Shown: piece after piece, positions 1 to 10,592 of the stretch
How positions within the stretch are numbered: position 1 is the stretch's first letter
Layout of the letters: each line of letters opens with the position of its first letter
From: an uncultured delta proteobacterium
GTDB lineage: Bacteria; Desulfobacterota; WTBG01; CAIYCZ01; CAIRTM01
Length of the DNA: 64,000 bases
Direction: 5' to 3'
NCBI GenBank assembly: GCA_963804955.1
Contig: CAWDSQ010000007.1
Coordinates: 496,183 to 560,182, forward strand
The notes under the pieces: generated by a model
Seen by the model: the letters and a program-made list of their open reading frames with translations, nothing else
The model's database searches: none
Told to the model about the DNA's origin: nothing
Translations under genes and position numbers: made by a program

Positions 1-245
1 GAAAGCGCGAAGGCTTCCTCGCGGGAATTAAAGATATAGCCGGTATTGCACAGCTCGGGCAGAACCATGAGCTTTGCGCCCATTTTGCCCGCCTTGTCGA
101 TGATCTTCAGGGTTTCGGCCATATTGTAATCTTTATCGCCGATATGGGGCTCCATCTGCAGGGCGGCAACTTTTACCAGGCTTTCCTTGCCCGGATCGCG
201 TTCGCCGGGATACGGTGGAACGGGCATCTGCTGATACTTTGACAT
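1..245 (-). CDS. Carbon-nitrogen hydrolase (nitrilase family), 3' end runs off the window
   Basis: Manual translation from ATG at 245 gives MSKYQQ...VKVAALQMEPHIGDKDYN...GAKLMVLPELCNTGY, containing the nitrilase VAAxQ and LPE motifs. Confidence 0.85.
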   Translation of the reverse strand, partial: MSKYQQMPVPPYPGERDPGKESLVKVAALQMEPHIGDKDYNMAETLKIIDKAGKMGAKLMVLPELCNTGYIFNSREEAFAL

Positions 246-302
246 GGTGATTCTCCTTTTTAAGTTAATCGTTTGCCTGCACAAGTCCGCAGGGCATATG
301 CT

Positions 303-1885
303 CTAATGCGTTGTGATTTCACGCTTAAGAATATCTTTAGCCACTGAACCTGCTCCGTCGCGGGGCAGGCTGCCGCGAAATTTGATAAAGCTTGGAATTT
401 TAAATTTTGCCAGGCGCTGGGAGCACCAGGTAATAATTTCCTCCTCGGTGCAGGTCACGCCATCCTTCACAACGATGAAAGCGGTCATGGCTTCATCGCG
501 GATGGGATCAGGGGCTGCAATTACCACCACCTCCTTGACCTTGTAATGGCTGGCAATAACCTGTTCAACCTCAGGGGCTGCGATGTTTTCGCCGGCCCGC
601 TTGATAACGTTTTTGATCCTGTCGAGAAAATGAAAATAGCCTTCCTCGTCCATATAGCCCCGGTCGCCCGTAAACACCCAGCCGTCGCGGATAATATTGG
701 CCGTGGCAGCAGGCTCCTTATAATAGCCCTTCATGATGGTGCGGCCCGGAACCCCTTTCACGACCATCTCGCCCGGCGTATTGACCGGGGCCTCTATGCC
801 GCTTTCATCAACGATCTTCACCTCATTGCCAAGGCGCGGCAGCCCGACGCAGTTGCGCTTAAACTTGCCGTCTATCGGGTTGATGGTGGTGGCGCCCAGG
901 GTTTCGGTCAGGCCCCAGAGGTCGCACAGACGCACATTAAACCGGGTTTCAAACATCTGCCACTCCTCATCGGAGACGGGGATGGCGAATTTGATGAGGC
1001 GTAAATTATTTTTTCCGTCAAGCTCATGGGCCGGCTGATTGAGAACCATGCGCACGGTGGCGCCGACAAGGCTTGCCGTAGTAATGGCGTAGCGGCGCAC
1101 CTGTTCCATGTAGCGGCTGGCGCTGAACTGCTCGGTCATAACGAGTGTGGCGCCGGAGGTAATCGTCGGCAGGGCAGAAATAAACAGGCCGTTCACATGA
1201 AACAGGGGCAGAACCATGAAATCGCGGTCTTCCGGGGTCATCTTGAAGACCTGCGCGCCGAAGATGCCGGCAAACACGGCATTGGCATGGGTGAGCACGA
1301 CAGCACTGTACTGGGCATTGGTGCTTGAGGAATAAATAATAAGCAGATCATCCTCCGGCGACAGCGGCCACCTCGGGGGGGTAGGCAGATACATCTCCCA
1401 TCATTTCGTCAAGCAGCACCACGTCGGGAAAAAGCTCGCTGTTGGGGTAGCTTGTCGAGGTTCGCGCCAGAAACAGCTCCCGCAGGTTCTGGCAGGTGGG
1501 CAGCACTTCGCGTATGAGGCCCAGATAGTCGGGCTGGGTCACCACGGCCACGGCATCGGAGTAGTTTATGAAATGCTGCATTTCCGGGGGTGTTGAAAGC
1601 ACATTGGTCGGCACCATGACAGCGCCTATTTTGGCAAGACCGAACCAGGCAAACAGATACTCGGGGCAGTTGCGCAGATGAACCACGACCTTGTCGCCCT
1701 TTTTGATGCCCTTGCCGGAAAAAAGATTTGCATAGCGGTTGGCCCGGTCATTGAACTGGGCAAAGCTGTAGCTGCATATTTTGCCCTCGGCGTCTTCATA
1801 GACGATGGCCTCCCTGCTCCCCAGAGCATAAGCCTTGTACTCAAGCGTTTTGCCTAAATTTCCGTATCCTATGATGTCCACCACT
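303..1885 (-). CDS. CaiC-like acyl-CoA ligase (AMP-binding), frameshifted near 1370; catalytic motifs degenerate
   Basis: ORFs 1348-1911 and 303-1394 join. Motifs WFGLAKIGAVMVP, WGLTET and TGDRGYMDEEGYFHFLDRIKNVIKRAGENI are present. Probable GTG start about 1885. Confidence 0.8.
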
Positions 1886-1972
1886 GCCTCAAGCAAAAGG
1901 CCGCGCTTCACGATATGCGCGGCAGGTTTATACTATCATTTTATTCTATAGAAGAACCATACGGCGGTCAAG

Positions 1973-2518
1973 CTATTTGGTGTGCAGAAAGCTCCAGTCA
2001 GCAGGAGGGATGCATCCCATATTCTCGGCAAGCATTTTTCGGAGTCCATCGGGGAAATACGGCGCAACGCGGACAATAAGGGGCGTGGTATAGGGAGCAA
2101 GCCGCGAATCCTTGAGCACCTCCTGCCCGAGGGGCGCCAGCAGCAGCCCGACGACCACTGCACAGGCAAGCACGTAGGCTTTGGCGCCGCCGATAAGCAG
2201 CCCAACCGCATGGTCAAGAAAACCGAGCCAGATAAGCTTTAAAAATTTTTCTATAAGCCAGCCGGCAAGGTTTACCGCAATCCATACTGCCAGAAAAATG
2301 CACAGGCAGGCCATGGCAAGCTGCCCCCACTTTGCGGCAATATAGGGCTGAATATAGGCAAGCACAAGAGGGTAGTAGCACAAAGCGGCAACGCTGGCCA
2401 GCAGCAGCGCTGCCAGTGAAAAAACTTCATGCACAGCACCTTTAATGATGCCCTTGATGACAAAAAAGCCTGCTGCGGCAATAAGAATCCAGTCAAAAGG
2501 ATTCATGGGCATGGGCAC
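1973..2518 (-). CDS. cvpA: CvpA family membrane protein
   Basis: Four hydrophobic segments; MNPFDWIL...GIIKGAVHEVFSL and LDHAVGLLIGGAK match the CvpA pattern. Confidence 0.85.
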   Translation of the reverse strand: MPMPMNPFDWILIAAAGFFVIKGIIKGAVHEVFSLAALLLASVAALCYYPLVLAYIQPYIAAKWGQLAMACLCIFLAVWIAVNLAGWLIEKFLKLIWLGFLDHAVGLLIGGAKAYVLACAVVVGLLLAPLGQEVLKDSRLAPYTTPLIVRVAPYFPDGLRKMLAENMGCIPPADWSFLHTK

Positions 2519-2532
2519 TGCTTTCTCTCAGG

Positions 2533-2844
2533 TCAGTGAAAGATACGCTCAAAATTTTTAGTCGTACGGTAGGTGCGGGCTCCGCGGCTGAACGGGTCGC
2601 GGGCAAAACGCCTGCGGCACCGGCTGCACAGCACAAATGAAAGCTCCTGATAAACCTCATCCTCCAGCTCCTGCTCATCCAGGGCATCGGCTGCATCCAG
2701 CATTTCCTGGGCCTCCATCTCGGGGTCGTCGGTTTCGCAAAGGATAACGCCGTCAAAATCGGAAATAATCTGTATCTGAACGGAATATTTGAGGCTGCCC
2801 TCGGGCAGGTATTCGCCGCACTTGTCGCAGAAATGGTCTGACAT
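2533..2844 (-). CDS. Small putative zinc-binding protein
   Basis: CDKC near the N-terminus and CSRC near the C-terminus, with an acidic middle; lies within an operon. Confidence 0.7.
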   Translation of the reverse strand: MSDHFCDKCGEYLPEGSLKYSVQIQIISDFDGVILCETDDPEMEAQEMLDAADALDEQELEDEVYQELSFVLCSRCRRRFARDPFSRGARTYRTTKNFERIFH

Positions 2845-2860
2845 GATAGTTGTTCCCGTA

Positions 2861-3286
2861 TTAAAGATTGTAGATTTCCCTGCCGAAAGTATGCACCCAG
2901 TTGCGTTTGAGGACTTTCTCGGCATCTTTTATCTTATCAACGCCCAGAATCACGATAGCCTGGTCGCTGGCGCGGCCAAGAAACGGATACAGATAGTGCA
3001 CATTGATTTTTGCCTCTTTCAGGGGCTTCACAACGGCAGTGAGCCCGCCGGGATGGTCGGGCGTCTCCACGGCCAGTACTTCGTTTTCATAGACCTGAAA
3101 CTTATGGCCGTTTAAAATATTTAAAGCCTTTGCGGGCTCATCAACCACAATGCGCACCGTGCTCACCTCGGACGTGTCGGCAACCGATATCGCCCGGATA
3201 TTGACGCCCTCCTTGCCGAGCAGCTCGCTCAAATCGGCCAGCTGACCCGGCACGTTTTTCAGCACCACGGAAATCTGCTTCAGCAT
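2861..3286 (-). CDS. Tandem ACT-domain protein
   Basis: KQISVVLKNVPGQL...GVNIRAIS and PDHPGGL...INVHYLY are two ACT repeats. Confidence 0.9.
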   Translation of the reverse strand: MLKQISVVLKNVPGQLADLSELLGKEGVNIRAISVADTSEVSTVRIVVDEPAKALNILNGHKFQVYENEVLAVETPDHPGGLTAVVKPLKEAKINVHYLYPFLGRASDQAIVILGVDKIKDAEKVLKRNWVHTFGREIYNL

Positions 3287-3834
3287 TTTTTCTGCTCCTT
3301 TTTCACAAAATCATAGCCCGCCTGAAACGCATCCCTGTTGGCTTTGAGCAGATGTGCCTTGCCCCCGCCCAGAATGTCGGGCAGGTTCTTCATCATGCGG
3401 TCAAACGAAAGCAAATTGCTTACGCCGACGAATGCGCCCATCATAACCATATTGGTGACCTTCACGTTACCGAGCTTCGTGGCGATGTCGGTTGTCGGCA
3501 CGCCCAGAACCTCGATGTCGCCGCGGGCATCGGCAGCAGTCACCAGCGTTGTATTGTACAGCATGAAGCCGCCCGAGGGCAACAGGTTCTGGAACCGGAA
3601 AAACGAGGGCTGATTGAGCGCCACCACGAACTCGGGCTCCGAAGCGATGGGGGAGGCAATTTCTTCGTCGGAGATGGTCACGGTGCAGTTTGCCGTACCG
3701 CCGCGCACCTCTGCGCCGTATGACGGCAGAAAGGTCACGAAACGGTCCTCAAGCATGGCGGCCTTTGCCAGCATCTGGCCCATGGAGATCACGCCCTGGC
3801 CGCCGAATCCTGAAAAAATTGTCTTGATCAGCAT
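3280..3834 (-). CDS. 2-oxoacid:ferredoxin oxidoreductase gamma subunit
   Basis: MLIKTIFSGFGGQG and PSYGAEVRGGTANC motifs. It is artificially fused into ORF 3280-5094 by frameshifts. Confidence 0.9.
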   Translation of the reverse strand: MLIKTIFSGFGGQGVISMGQMLAKAAMLEDRFVTFLPSYGAEVRGGTANCTVTISDEEIASPIASEPEFVVALNQPSFFRFQNLLPSGGFMLYNTTLVTAADARGDIEVLGVPTTDIATKLGNVKVTNMVMMGAFVGVSNLLSFDRMMKNLPDILGGGKAHLLKANRDAFQAGYDFVKKEQKKC

Positions 3835-4572
3835 TGCACCTCTTTTATTACCCCCAGCGGAAATTCCTTTGCCATAACCTCGTCGATCCATGCGCAGGAC
3901 GCCATGGCATCCATTTTCCAGTTGGTCGGGCAGGGCGACAGAATTTCGACAAGTGAGAATCCGCATCTTCTTTATCTGGTATTCAAAAGCCTTTTTAATG
4001 GCAGCTTTGGTCTTGCGGACTCCCGCAGGGGAGCTTACCGACACGCGCTCAAGGTAGCTCGGGCCGCCAAGCTGCGCCATGAGCTCGCAGACCCTGATGG
4101 GCTGGCCCTTCGGTTTTGCCATCGTGCGGCCAAGGGGCGAGGTGGTTGTTTTCTGGCCGATAAGAGAGGTCGGGGCCATCTGACCGCCGGTCATGCCGTA
4201 GACGGCATTATTGACAAAAATGACGGTAATATTTTCCCCGCGGTTTGCCGTATGCAGGGCCTCGGCAGTGCCGATGGCCGCCAGATCGCCGTCGCCCTGA
4301 TAGGAGAACACGAGATTATCGGGCCGCACGCGCTTAACGCCGGTTGCCACGGCCGTAGCCCTGCCATGGGGCGCCTCGACCATATCGATATCTAGATAAT
4401 TATAGGCAAGCACGGCGCATCCTGCGGGAGGCACGCATATGGCCTTGTCCTGCAGGTTCATTTCATCAAGCAGCTCGGCTATAAGCCGGTGAATAATGCT
4501 GTGGCCGCAGCCCGGGCAATAGTGCATGGACACTTTACGCAGAGATTTTGGCCGTGTGTATACTTTTTTCAT
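3828..4572 (-). CDS. 2-oxoacid:ferredoxin oxidoreductase beta (TPP-binding) subunit, frameshift near 3960
   Basis: HYCPGCGH, GDGDLAAIG and NNAVYGMTGGQ motifs; the C-terminus LSPCPTNW is in the alternate frame. Confidence 0.9.
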
Positions 4573-5662
4573 TTCTTGCGTGACCTCTTGGACTGATAAT
4601 AATGCCGCGCCATGCTGCGGGCAAGCTCGGCCGGTGCGGGCACGATCACCGCCGGGCCGCCCGTAGAAGTGTATTTTGCCTCTGCCTTCAAGGGCCAGGC
4701 GCACATCCTCGACCATCTGGCCGGTGCTCATCTCGAAAACAAAAAAATCACTCATCTTTTTTACCGCATCCCGCAGGGCCTTGGTCGGAAACGGCCACAG
4801 GGTTATGGGCCGGATGAGCCCGATGCGCACATTTTCATCCTCCTTGCGCAGGCGGTTGATAGCGCCCTTGGCAATGCGGGCCGCCGTGCCGTAGGCGATG
4901 ACCGCCATTTCGGCATCCTCCATCCGGTAGCTCTCCCAGCGCGTTTCGTTCTGCTCAATGCGCTGGTATTTGCGGTGCAGCTTCCAGTTGTGGTCCTCCA
5001 TCTCCTTCACGTCAAGGATAAGCGATTTCACAAGACGTGCGGGCCGGTCTTTAGCGCCGGTGAGGATATAGTCTTTTTCCGGAAGCGGCTTCATTCTTTT
5101 TGCGCACAGGGATGACGACCGGCTCCATGAGCTGCCCCAGCATGCCGTCGCCTAAAATCAGCACCGGGTTGCGGTACTGATCCGCCATGTCGAAGGCCAG
5201 AAACGTGAGGTCGGCAAGCTCCTGCACCGAGGCCGGCGCCAGCACCGGCGTGCGGTAGTCGCCGTGACCTCCCCCGCGGGTTGCCTGAAAATAGTCCGAC
5301 TGGGCCGGGGCGATATTGCCGAGTCCGGGCCCGCCGCGCATGATATTGACGATCACCGCCGGCAGCTCCATGCCCGCCATGAATGAAATGCCCTCCTGCT
5401 TGAGGCTGATGCCGGGGCTGCTGGATGAGGTCATGGCCCGGGCGCCTGCCACGCTTGCGCCGAGCACCATGTTAATGGACGCAAGCTCGCTTTCAGCCTG
5501 AATGAATACGCCGCCCACCTCCGGCAGCCTTCGGGACATATACTCCGGCAGCTCGTTCTGGGGGGTTATGGGATAGCCGAAATAGCAGGTGCAGCCCGCC
5601 TGAATGGCGGCCTCGCCCGCGGCATGGGTTCCGTACATGAGCTGCTTAGTTTTCGTCGTCAC
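4569..5662 (-). CDS. vorB: 2-oxoacid:ferredoxin oxidoreductase alpha subunit (VorB-like), frameshifted
   Basis: [23 protein letters not shown] and RGGPGLG motifs; continues in ORF 3280-5094 ([20 protein letters not shown]). Confidence 0.85.
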
Positions 5663-5864
5663 GGTACACCTCGATAGCGGCCTCCGGGCACATCAGGGCG
5701 CAAATGCCGCAGCCGTTGCACACCTTATGTGTATCGGCCTGAGCCGGGAAATACCCCTTGGCATTGAGCTGCGACGACAGGGAGATATTCTTCTTCGGGC
5801 AGAAGCCGATGCAGAGCTGGCAGCCCTTGCACATACTGGTATCGATGACAATTTTGCCCTTCAT
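5646..5864 (-). CDS. 2x[4Fe-4S] ferredoxin (oxidoreductase delta subunit)
   Basis: [12 protein letters not shown] and [12 protein letters not shown] motifs. Confidence 0.92.
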   Translation of the reverse strand: MKGKIVIDTSMCKGCQLCIGFCPKKNISLSSQLNAKGYFPAQADTHKVCNGCGICALMCPEAAIEVYRDDEN

Positions 5865-5959
5865 ACACTGCTGACCGTACTCATGGTTTAATGTTAAATC
5901 AAGTCTAGCCTCTGGCCCGCGGCTTTGTCAATTGTTTCCTGCCCGGTGCGGCCATACTG

Positions 5960-6000
5960 AAAAAAAGCGCAGGCCCGCATCCTGCGCGGATGCGGGCTTT
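5960..6000 (-). terminator. Probable intrinsic terminator
   Basis: Stem GCCCGCATCC/GGATGCGGGC downstream of the yqeY-like gene, with a T-tract a few nt further on the minus strand. Confidence 0.55.
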
Positions 6001-6066
6001 CGGTCTCTACGTGCTTGTCATTATGCGATTGCTACGCCCTGGTGAGACACATGCCGGAAGGCAGCT

Positions 6067-6516
6067 CTAGGAGCCCAGCTTCTGCAGTTCTTCCTTCACA
6101 ATGCGGCTGATAACTGAGCCGTCGGCCTGGCCGGCAAGCTTCTTGGTGAGCATGCCCATGACCCTGCCCATATCCTTGGGGGTTTTGGCGTCTACCTCGG
6201 CGATAGCGGCAAGAGCGAGTTCGCGCACCTGCTCTTCCGGCAGCTGCGCCGGCAGGTAGCTTTCTATTATTGTCACTTCAGCCAGTTCTTTTGCAGCAAG
6301 TTCGGGCCGGTTTCCGTTGGTGAACTGCTCAGCTGCGTCCCTGCACTTGCGAACCATTGTTTGCAGGATCTGCACGCACTGCTCATCGGTTGGCGGTATG
6401 CCCTTTTCTTTTTCCTTGCGCACAAATTCCGTCAGAATAAGACGCAGCGTTGAAAGCCGCGCCTCATCCTTTGCCTTCATGGCAGCTTTAATTTCCTGGC
6501 TGATTCTATCCTTCAC
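6067..6516 (-). CDS. GatB/YqeY domain protein
   Basis: IKAAMKAKDEARLSTLR, YLPAQL and KDMGRVMG motifs. Confidence 0.92.
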   Translation of the reverse strand: MKDRISQEIKAAMKAKDEARLSTLRLILTEFVRKEKEKGIPPTDEQCVQILQTMVRKCRDAAEQFTNGNRPELAAKELAEVTIIESYLPAQLPEEQVRELALAAIAEVDAKTPKDMGRVMGMLTKKLAGQADGSVISRIVKEELQKLGS

Positions 6517-6536
6517 TGCAGGCGCCTTTTAATTAA

Positions 6537-6884
6537 TTATTTGCTTTTTGCTTTTTTCGGGGTCTTTGGGCCCTTCTCGACAATCATGCGGGTTTTGCGC
6601 TTCAGCTTGGCTATCTTCTTGCGCAGCTCCGTATTCTTCTTGGCATCCTTTGCCTCCATGGCCTGAGCCTGCTCAGCCTTCAGCTGGCGAATGGTCTTTT
6701 TTAAATCCGTAACGGGAACATGCTTTTTCGCCTCATGCGTCGGCTCGCCGCGGGCCTTAAGAATCTGCACAACCAGTTCTTCTTTTTTCATGGCATGGGC
6801 GCCCTGTATTTCGGGATACTCGGCTGCGATAAGCTCGCGCAGTTTAATCGCGGTCAATTTTTCAAGCTCGGGTCTGCTGCTCAT
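6537..6884 (-). CDS. Basic hypothetical protein with a Rho-N-like helix-extension-helix
   Basis: LEKLTAIKLRELI...IQGAHAMKKEELV followed by a Lys-rich coiled coil; GGAG RBS upstream. Confidence 0.7.
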   Translation of the reverse strand: MSSRPELEKLTAIKLRELIAAEYPEIQGAHAMKKEELVVQILKARGEPTHEAKKHVPVTDLKKTIRQLKAEQAQAMEAKDAKKNTELRKKIAKLKRKTRMIVEKGPKTPKKAKSK

Positions 6885-6978
6885 GTAACTCCTCCAAAAT
6901 AGAATAGGAAAGTGCCTTTTGTTAAAATACGAATCGTACTTTTAACCTATTTGCTCAAAAAAGTCAAGGAAACACAAT

Positions 6979-7848
6979 TTATTCGCTCACCGGTATCTGC
7001 ACATTCCAGAAGCTGTCCATCCAGAATTTCTTAAACTGGTCCTTGAATATCTTCTTGCCGAGATTTATTGCCACATCATTTTTATATAATGCCGTGACCA
7101 GCTCCTTCATTTTCTGCTCATGCCGCACAGCATAGGCAGGCTCGGGAGCAAGGGCTGCAAGACTTTTGAGATACGCGGTTAACATAATTTTATAGGCCTC
7201 GCCTGCCGTCTGAAAGTACTGTTTGCGGGCTGCCTCATCGCCTTTTGGCTCCTGCAGCTCAACACGGTAGGGGCTTTTATACGGATCAAGATATTTGGTG
7301 ATCTTGCCGCGGCCCTGCTCGACCGTGCGCTGATATTTTTCCACCATTGCCAGGGCTTTCTTCACATTCTCAAGCTCGCTGCCGAAAAATTTCTCATAAT
7401 TGATATTTTCAGGATCAACATTGAAAATATCCATCGAGCAGAGGCCCGGCACGCCGACAGAGGGTTTCATGAAATCGATATGAAATATGGGGGCCTTAAA
7501 ACTATAGCTGGGCCGGATATTGAAGGTGAAATCCCGGAAATAGCCCGAGCCGGGCGGCACTTCAAACTGGCTGATGCTTGCCGCCCCAATCCGGTCGGTT
7601 TCAAAGGATTTCAGGGGCAGCGCGATCACATCGCTGCCGAAAATTTTTGAATACGGAAATGAAAGCTGCAGGGTCATGGTTTCAACAGGCCGGGCCTTGG
7701 CTACTAAAAAGCGCTCGAGGGTAAATTTTTTCAGATCATTGTACACGCCGAAGTCCTCATACTTGGGAGGTGTGAAGGTTGCGACAAAAATACCCACCAC
7801 GACAATAAGTAGTACGACAATGAGACCGATAGCTTTTAAAATTTTCAT
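6979..7848 (-). CDS. Membrane-anchored protein resembling the ferredoxin-dependent bilin reductase fold
   Basis: N-terminal TM helix. IRPSYSFKAPIFHIDF, KSPY and KNDVAINLGKKIF...WMDSFW recall PcyA/PebA/RCCR motifs, judged by eye. Confidence 0.5.
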   Translation of the reverse strand: MKILKAIGLIVVLLIVVVGIFVATFTPPKYEDFGVYNDLKKFTLERFLVAKARPVETMTLQLSFPYSKIFGSDVIALPLKSFETDRIGAASISQFEVPPGSGYFRDFTFNIRPSYSFKAPIFHIDFMKPSVGVPGLCSMDIFNVDPENINYEKFFGSELENVKKALAMVEKYQRTVEQGRGKITKYLDPYKSPYRVELQEPKGDEAARKQYFQTAGEAYKIMLTAYLKSLAALAPEPAYAVRHEQKMKELVTALYKNDVAINLGKKIFKDQFKKFWMDSFWNVQIPVSE

Positions 7849-7903
7849 ATATTCTCCCTTTCCCATAAATCAGTTACGGTTTTGGCAGACATTTTCTGCT
7901 GTG

Positions 7904-9821
7904 TTAAATTGATTCTATATCATCAATGCCAGGCTTCGGCAACCTTTGCGTTAAGGGGAACGCCATGTGCGTCCCAGCCGCGCAGGCGGTAGTAGTCGTC
8001 AAGCATGCTCTCCCATTTCTGCCAGTCGATTGTTTCGCCCTTATACGGCCCGCTGGGCAGGGGCCCGTCAATCCACTTGCCCACAAGTCGGTCGTCCTTT
8101 CGGGTAATACCCTCGCGGCAAAGAAAGGCGCGCTCCAGCGTATAGACGCGCTCTGCGCAGACTCTCAGTTTTTCTTCGTCCATCTCAATGCCAAAGGCCA
8201 GGCTGAAAAGTCTGCACAGGTCCCCCATGGGGCAGTCCTTTTCGCTGCCCCGTACGGCAAAAAGGCACACTTCAAAAAGATCAAGTGCAAGTGACTGGTT
8301 CTGGAAATACACAGCTCCTGCCGCCTTGTTGTAGGACAGCGGGTCAAGAATATCTGTCGTGCCGAAGCGTTCAAGGGCCTTCTCCGGCGTCATGGGCTTG
8401 AACCACACAAACTCGGGCGGCACCACGCAGCGCAGGTGGTCGGCCCCGCGGGTTGAGGTTGCCATGCCAAGGGCGCTGCCCTTGATCATGCGCGGCTCAA
8501 TGCCTGCCATGACCATGCCTTTGCTGTGGCTCACATATTTTTCAGCCTCCGGCCCGAAATGCTTAGCCGCGCGCACAATGCCCTCGGCAAGCACATTGCC
8601 CACGCCCTCGCGCCGGGCGATCTTCTCCATAAGGGCCATCATGCCGGGAACACTACCCCAGGTAAGCTCTATGCCGTCAAGGTCTGCGGCAGTCACCACG
8701 CCGTGCTCATACCAGTCCATCACCACAGCCAGGGCCTGCCCCAGCTCTATCATGTCTATACCGAGTCCGTTTGCCATATTGTTCATTTTAAATATTGAGT
8801 CGATATCGGCATTGCCGCAGACCGGCCCCATGGGTGTGAAAGCTCCCTCCTCGATTTTTTTGCCATGCTCGCCGGCATATGGCCCGTCTTTCACTTTATA
8901 CGTATGGCCGCAGCCGATGGGGCAGCCATAGCAGGGTGTGCTGCCCTCATAGAAACGGGCGGCCACAGACTGGGCTGAGAAATTCTCCACTCCTTCGAAA
9001 TCGCCGGCCTGATTGAAATTGCGTATGGCCATAATGTGAAACTTATTTGTTGGCGCAACGCCGCCGATGCCGGCAAACTTGCGGAAGCCGTCATATACTT
9101 TTGAATCCTTGATGCGCTTCTGCATCGCCATGGCAAATTCTTTAAACCCTGCCGCATTATGCAGCGGCACTGTACCCGTGCCGATAACGGCAACGGCCTT
9201 GAGATTTTTCGAGCCCATCACCGCCCCCAGGCCGGTGCGCGAGGCAGAGCGGTCTTCATGGGTAATGCTGGCAATTTTTACAAGATTTTCGCCCGCAGGC
9301 CCGATTGAGGCAATGCGCACACGCCGGTCGCCAAGCTCTGCCGTAATCAGCGCTTCTGTTTCCCGCGTGGTTTTACCCCAGAGACGCGCCGCGCCGCGGA
9401 TTTCAATTTTTCCGTCATTAATAAATATGTAGACGGGCTTATCCGATCGGCCATGCACCACCAGATGATCAACCCCTGCGCGCCGCAGCGCCGGGCCGAA
9501 CCTGCCGCCCGCATTGGCGTCACCAAGAAGCCCTGTGAGCGGCGATTTGCCCGTAACGGTGAACCTCGCAGCGCAGGGCGCTGCCGTGCCGGAAAGCGCT
9601 CCTGCTGCAAAGATGACCACATTCTCCGGCCCCAGTGGGTCAGCGCCCTTTGGCACAAGATCATACAACAGCCGCGCGCTTATACCCCGGCCGCCGATAT
9701 ACAGCCGCCGCATCTCTTGCGTGATGCTTTCGCGCCGGACCTTCCCTGTCGTCAGATCAACATGGACAATCGTGCCAAATTTTTCCATGGATGTGCCTTT
9801 AAAATTCATGTATCCATCCAC
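7904..9821 (-). CDS. Aldehyde:ferredoxin oxidoreductase (AOR family); probable frameshift at the extreme C-terminus
   Basis: KSPLTG, DANAGG, SIGPAGENLV, GAVMGSKNLKAV, CYGCPIGC, RGADH and YYRLRGWD motifs. Confidence 0.92.
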
Positions 9822-10459
9822 CGCACCACTTCCTCAACGGGCAGGCGCTCGCGCGGGATTTTGTTGATCGGCGAATCGGGATCGGGGTAGCCCACAGCGA
9901 TGCCGTCAACCAGGATCAGCTCATCCTCAAGCGCAAGCTCCCGCTTGATATGCTCCTGGCAGATGGAAACCGCATTCATCCAGCAGGTGCCAAGGCCCCG
10001 GCTCCAGGCGGCAAGCATAAAATTCTGCATGGCTGCAACGGTTGATTTTAAATAGTTCTGGTCCTTGCAGGGATAGACGCCAAAGATGATGCCCACCGGC
10101 GCGCCGTGAAAGGTAAAGTTGCCGTCGGCACCTGACTGCATATTGTAATCATGCTCCTTGAGAAATGCAAGCATGCGGGAAAAATTCTCCTGCTTGCGCT
10201 TTGCAAGCATTTCCTGCGTTGCCGCGCTGATGGGCACCTGCTGCGGGCCGGGCACGGGTTTAAAATTTTCCTTGATGGCGTGGCAGACCGCCTGCAGCGG
10301 CTTGCCCGTAAGCACGATAAACTGCCAGGGTTGCTGGCTTGTGGGGTTGGGCGCCCATGAGGCTGCTTCAAGGCATTCCAGAATCAGCTCCCGCGGCGGC
10401 ATTTCGGTTTTGAACGCCCGAATACTGCGCCGCTGTTTTATAAGGTCGATCATGTTCAT
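9806..10459 (-). CDS. Nitroreductase family protein
   Basis: RRSIRAF, AP..S.QPWQF and QNFMLAAWSRGLGTCW motifs. Confidence 0.92.
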   Translation of the reverse strand: MNMIDLIKQRRSIRAFKTEMPPRELILECLEAASWAPNPTSQQPWQFIVLTGKPLQAVCHAIKENFKPVPGPQQVPISAATQEMLAKRKQENFSRMLAFLKEHDYNMQSGADGNFTFHGAPVGIIFGVYPCKDQNYLKSTVAAMQNFMLAAWSRGLGTCWMNAVSICQEHIKRELALEDELILVDGIAVGYPDPDSPINKIPRERLPVEEVVRWMDT

Positions 10460-10517
10460 GGGTATTCCTCACGCGTGATGTACTACTGTTGATTTTTTTA
10501 TATGAAGTGTATTTATC

Positions 10518-10543
10518 GTAGGGGCGGTTCGCGAACCGCCCCT
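10518..10543. repeat. GTAG-headed REP-like palindrome
   Basis: GTAGGGGCGGTTCGCGAACCGCCCCT; related copies at 20294-20320 and 20340-20363. Confidence 0.7.
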
Positions 10544-10592
10544 GCATTATGATTTATTTATTTTCCCGGCTGTGCCCTACAAACCCCCCAAC

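Noticed and set aside
3280..5094. Apparent alpha-beta-gamma fusion ORF of 604 aa
   Set aside because: The junction peptides are out-of-frame nonsense. Each subunit has its own start and an alternate-frame stop, so frameshift errors explain the fusion.
7923..7925. TGA at the end of AOR as possible selenocysteine
   Set aside because: There is no Cys-like context or convincing hairpin. A nearby frameshift with the true end at about 7904 explains it better.
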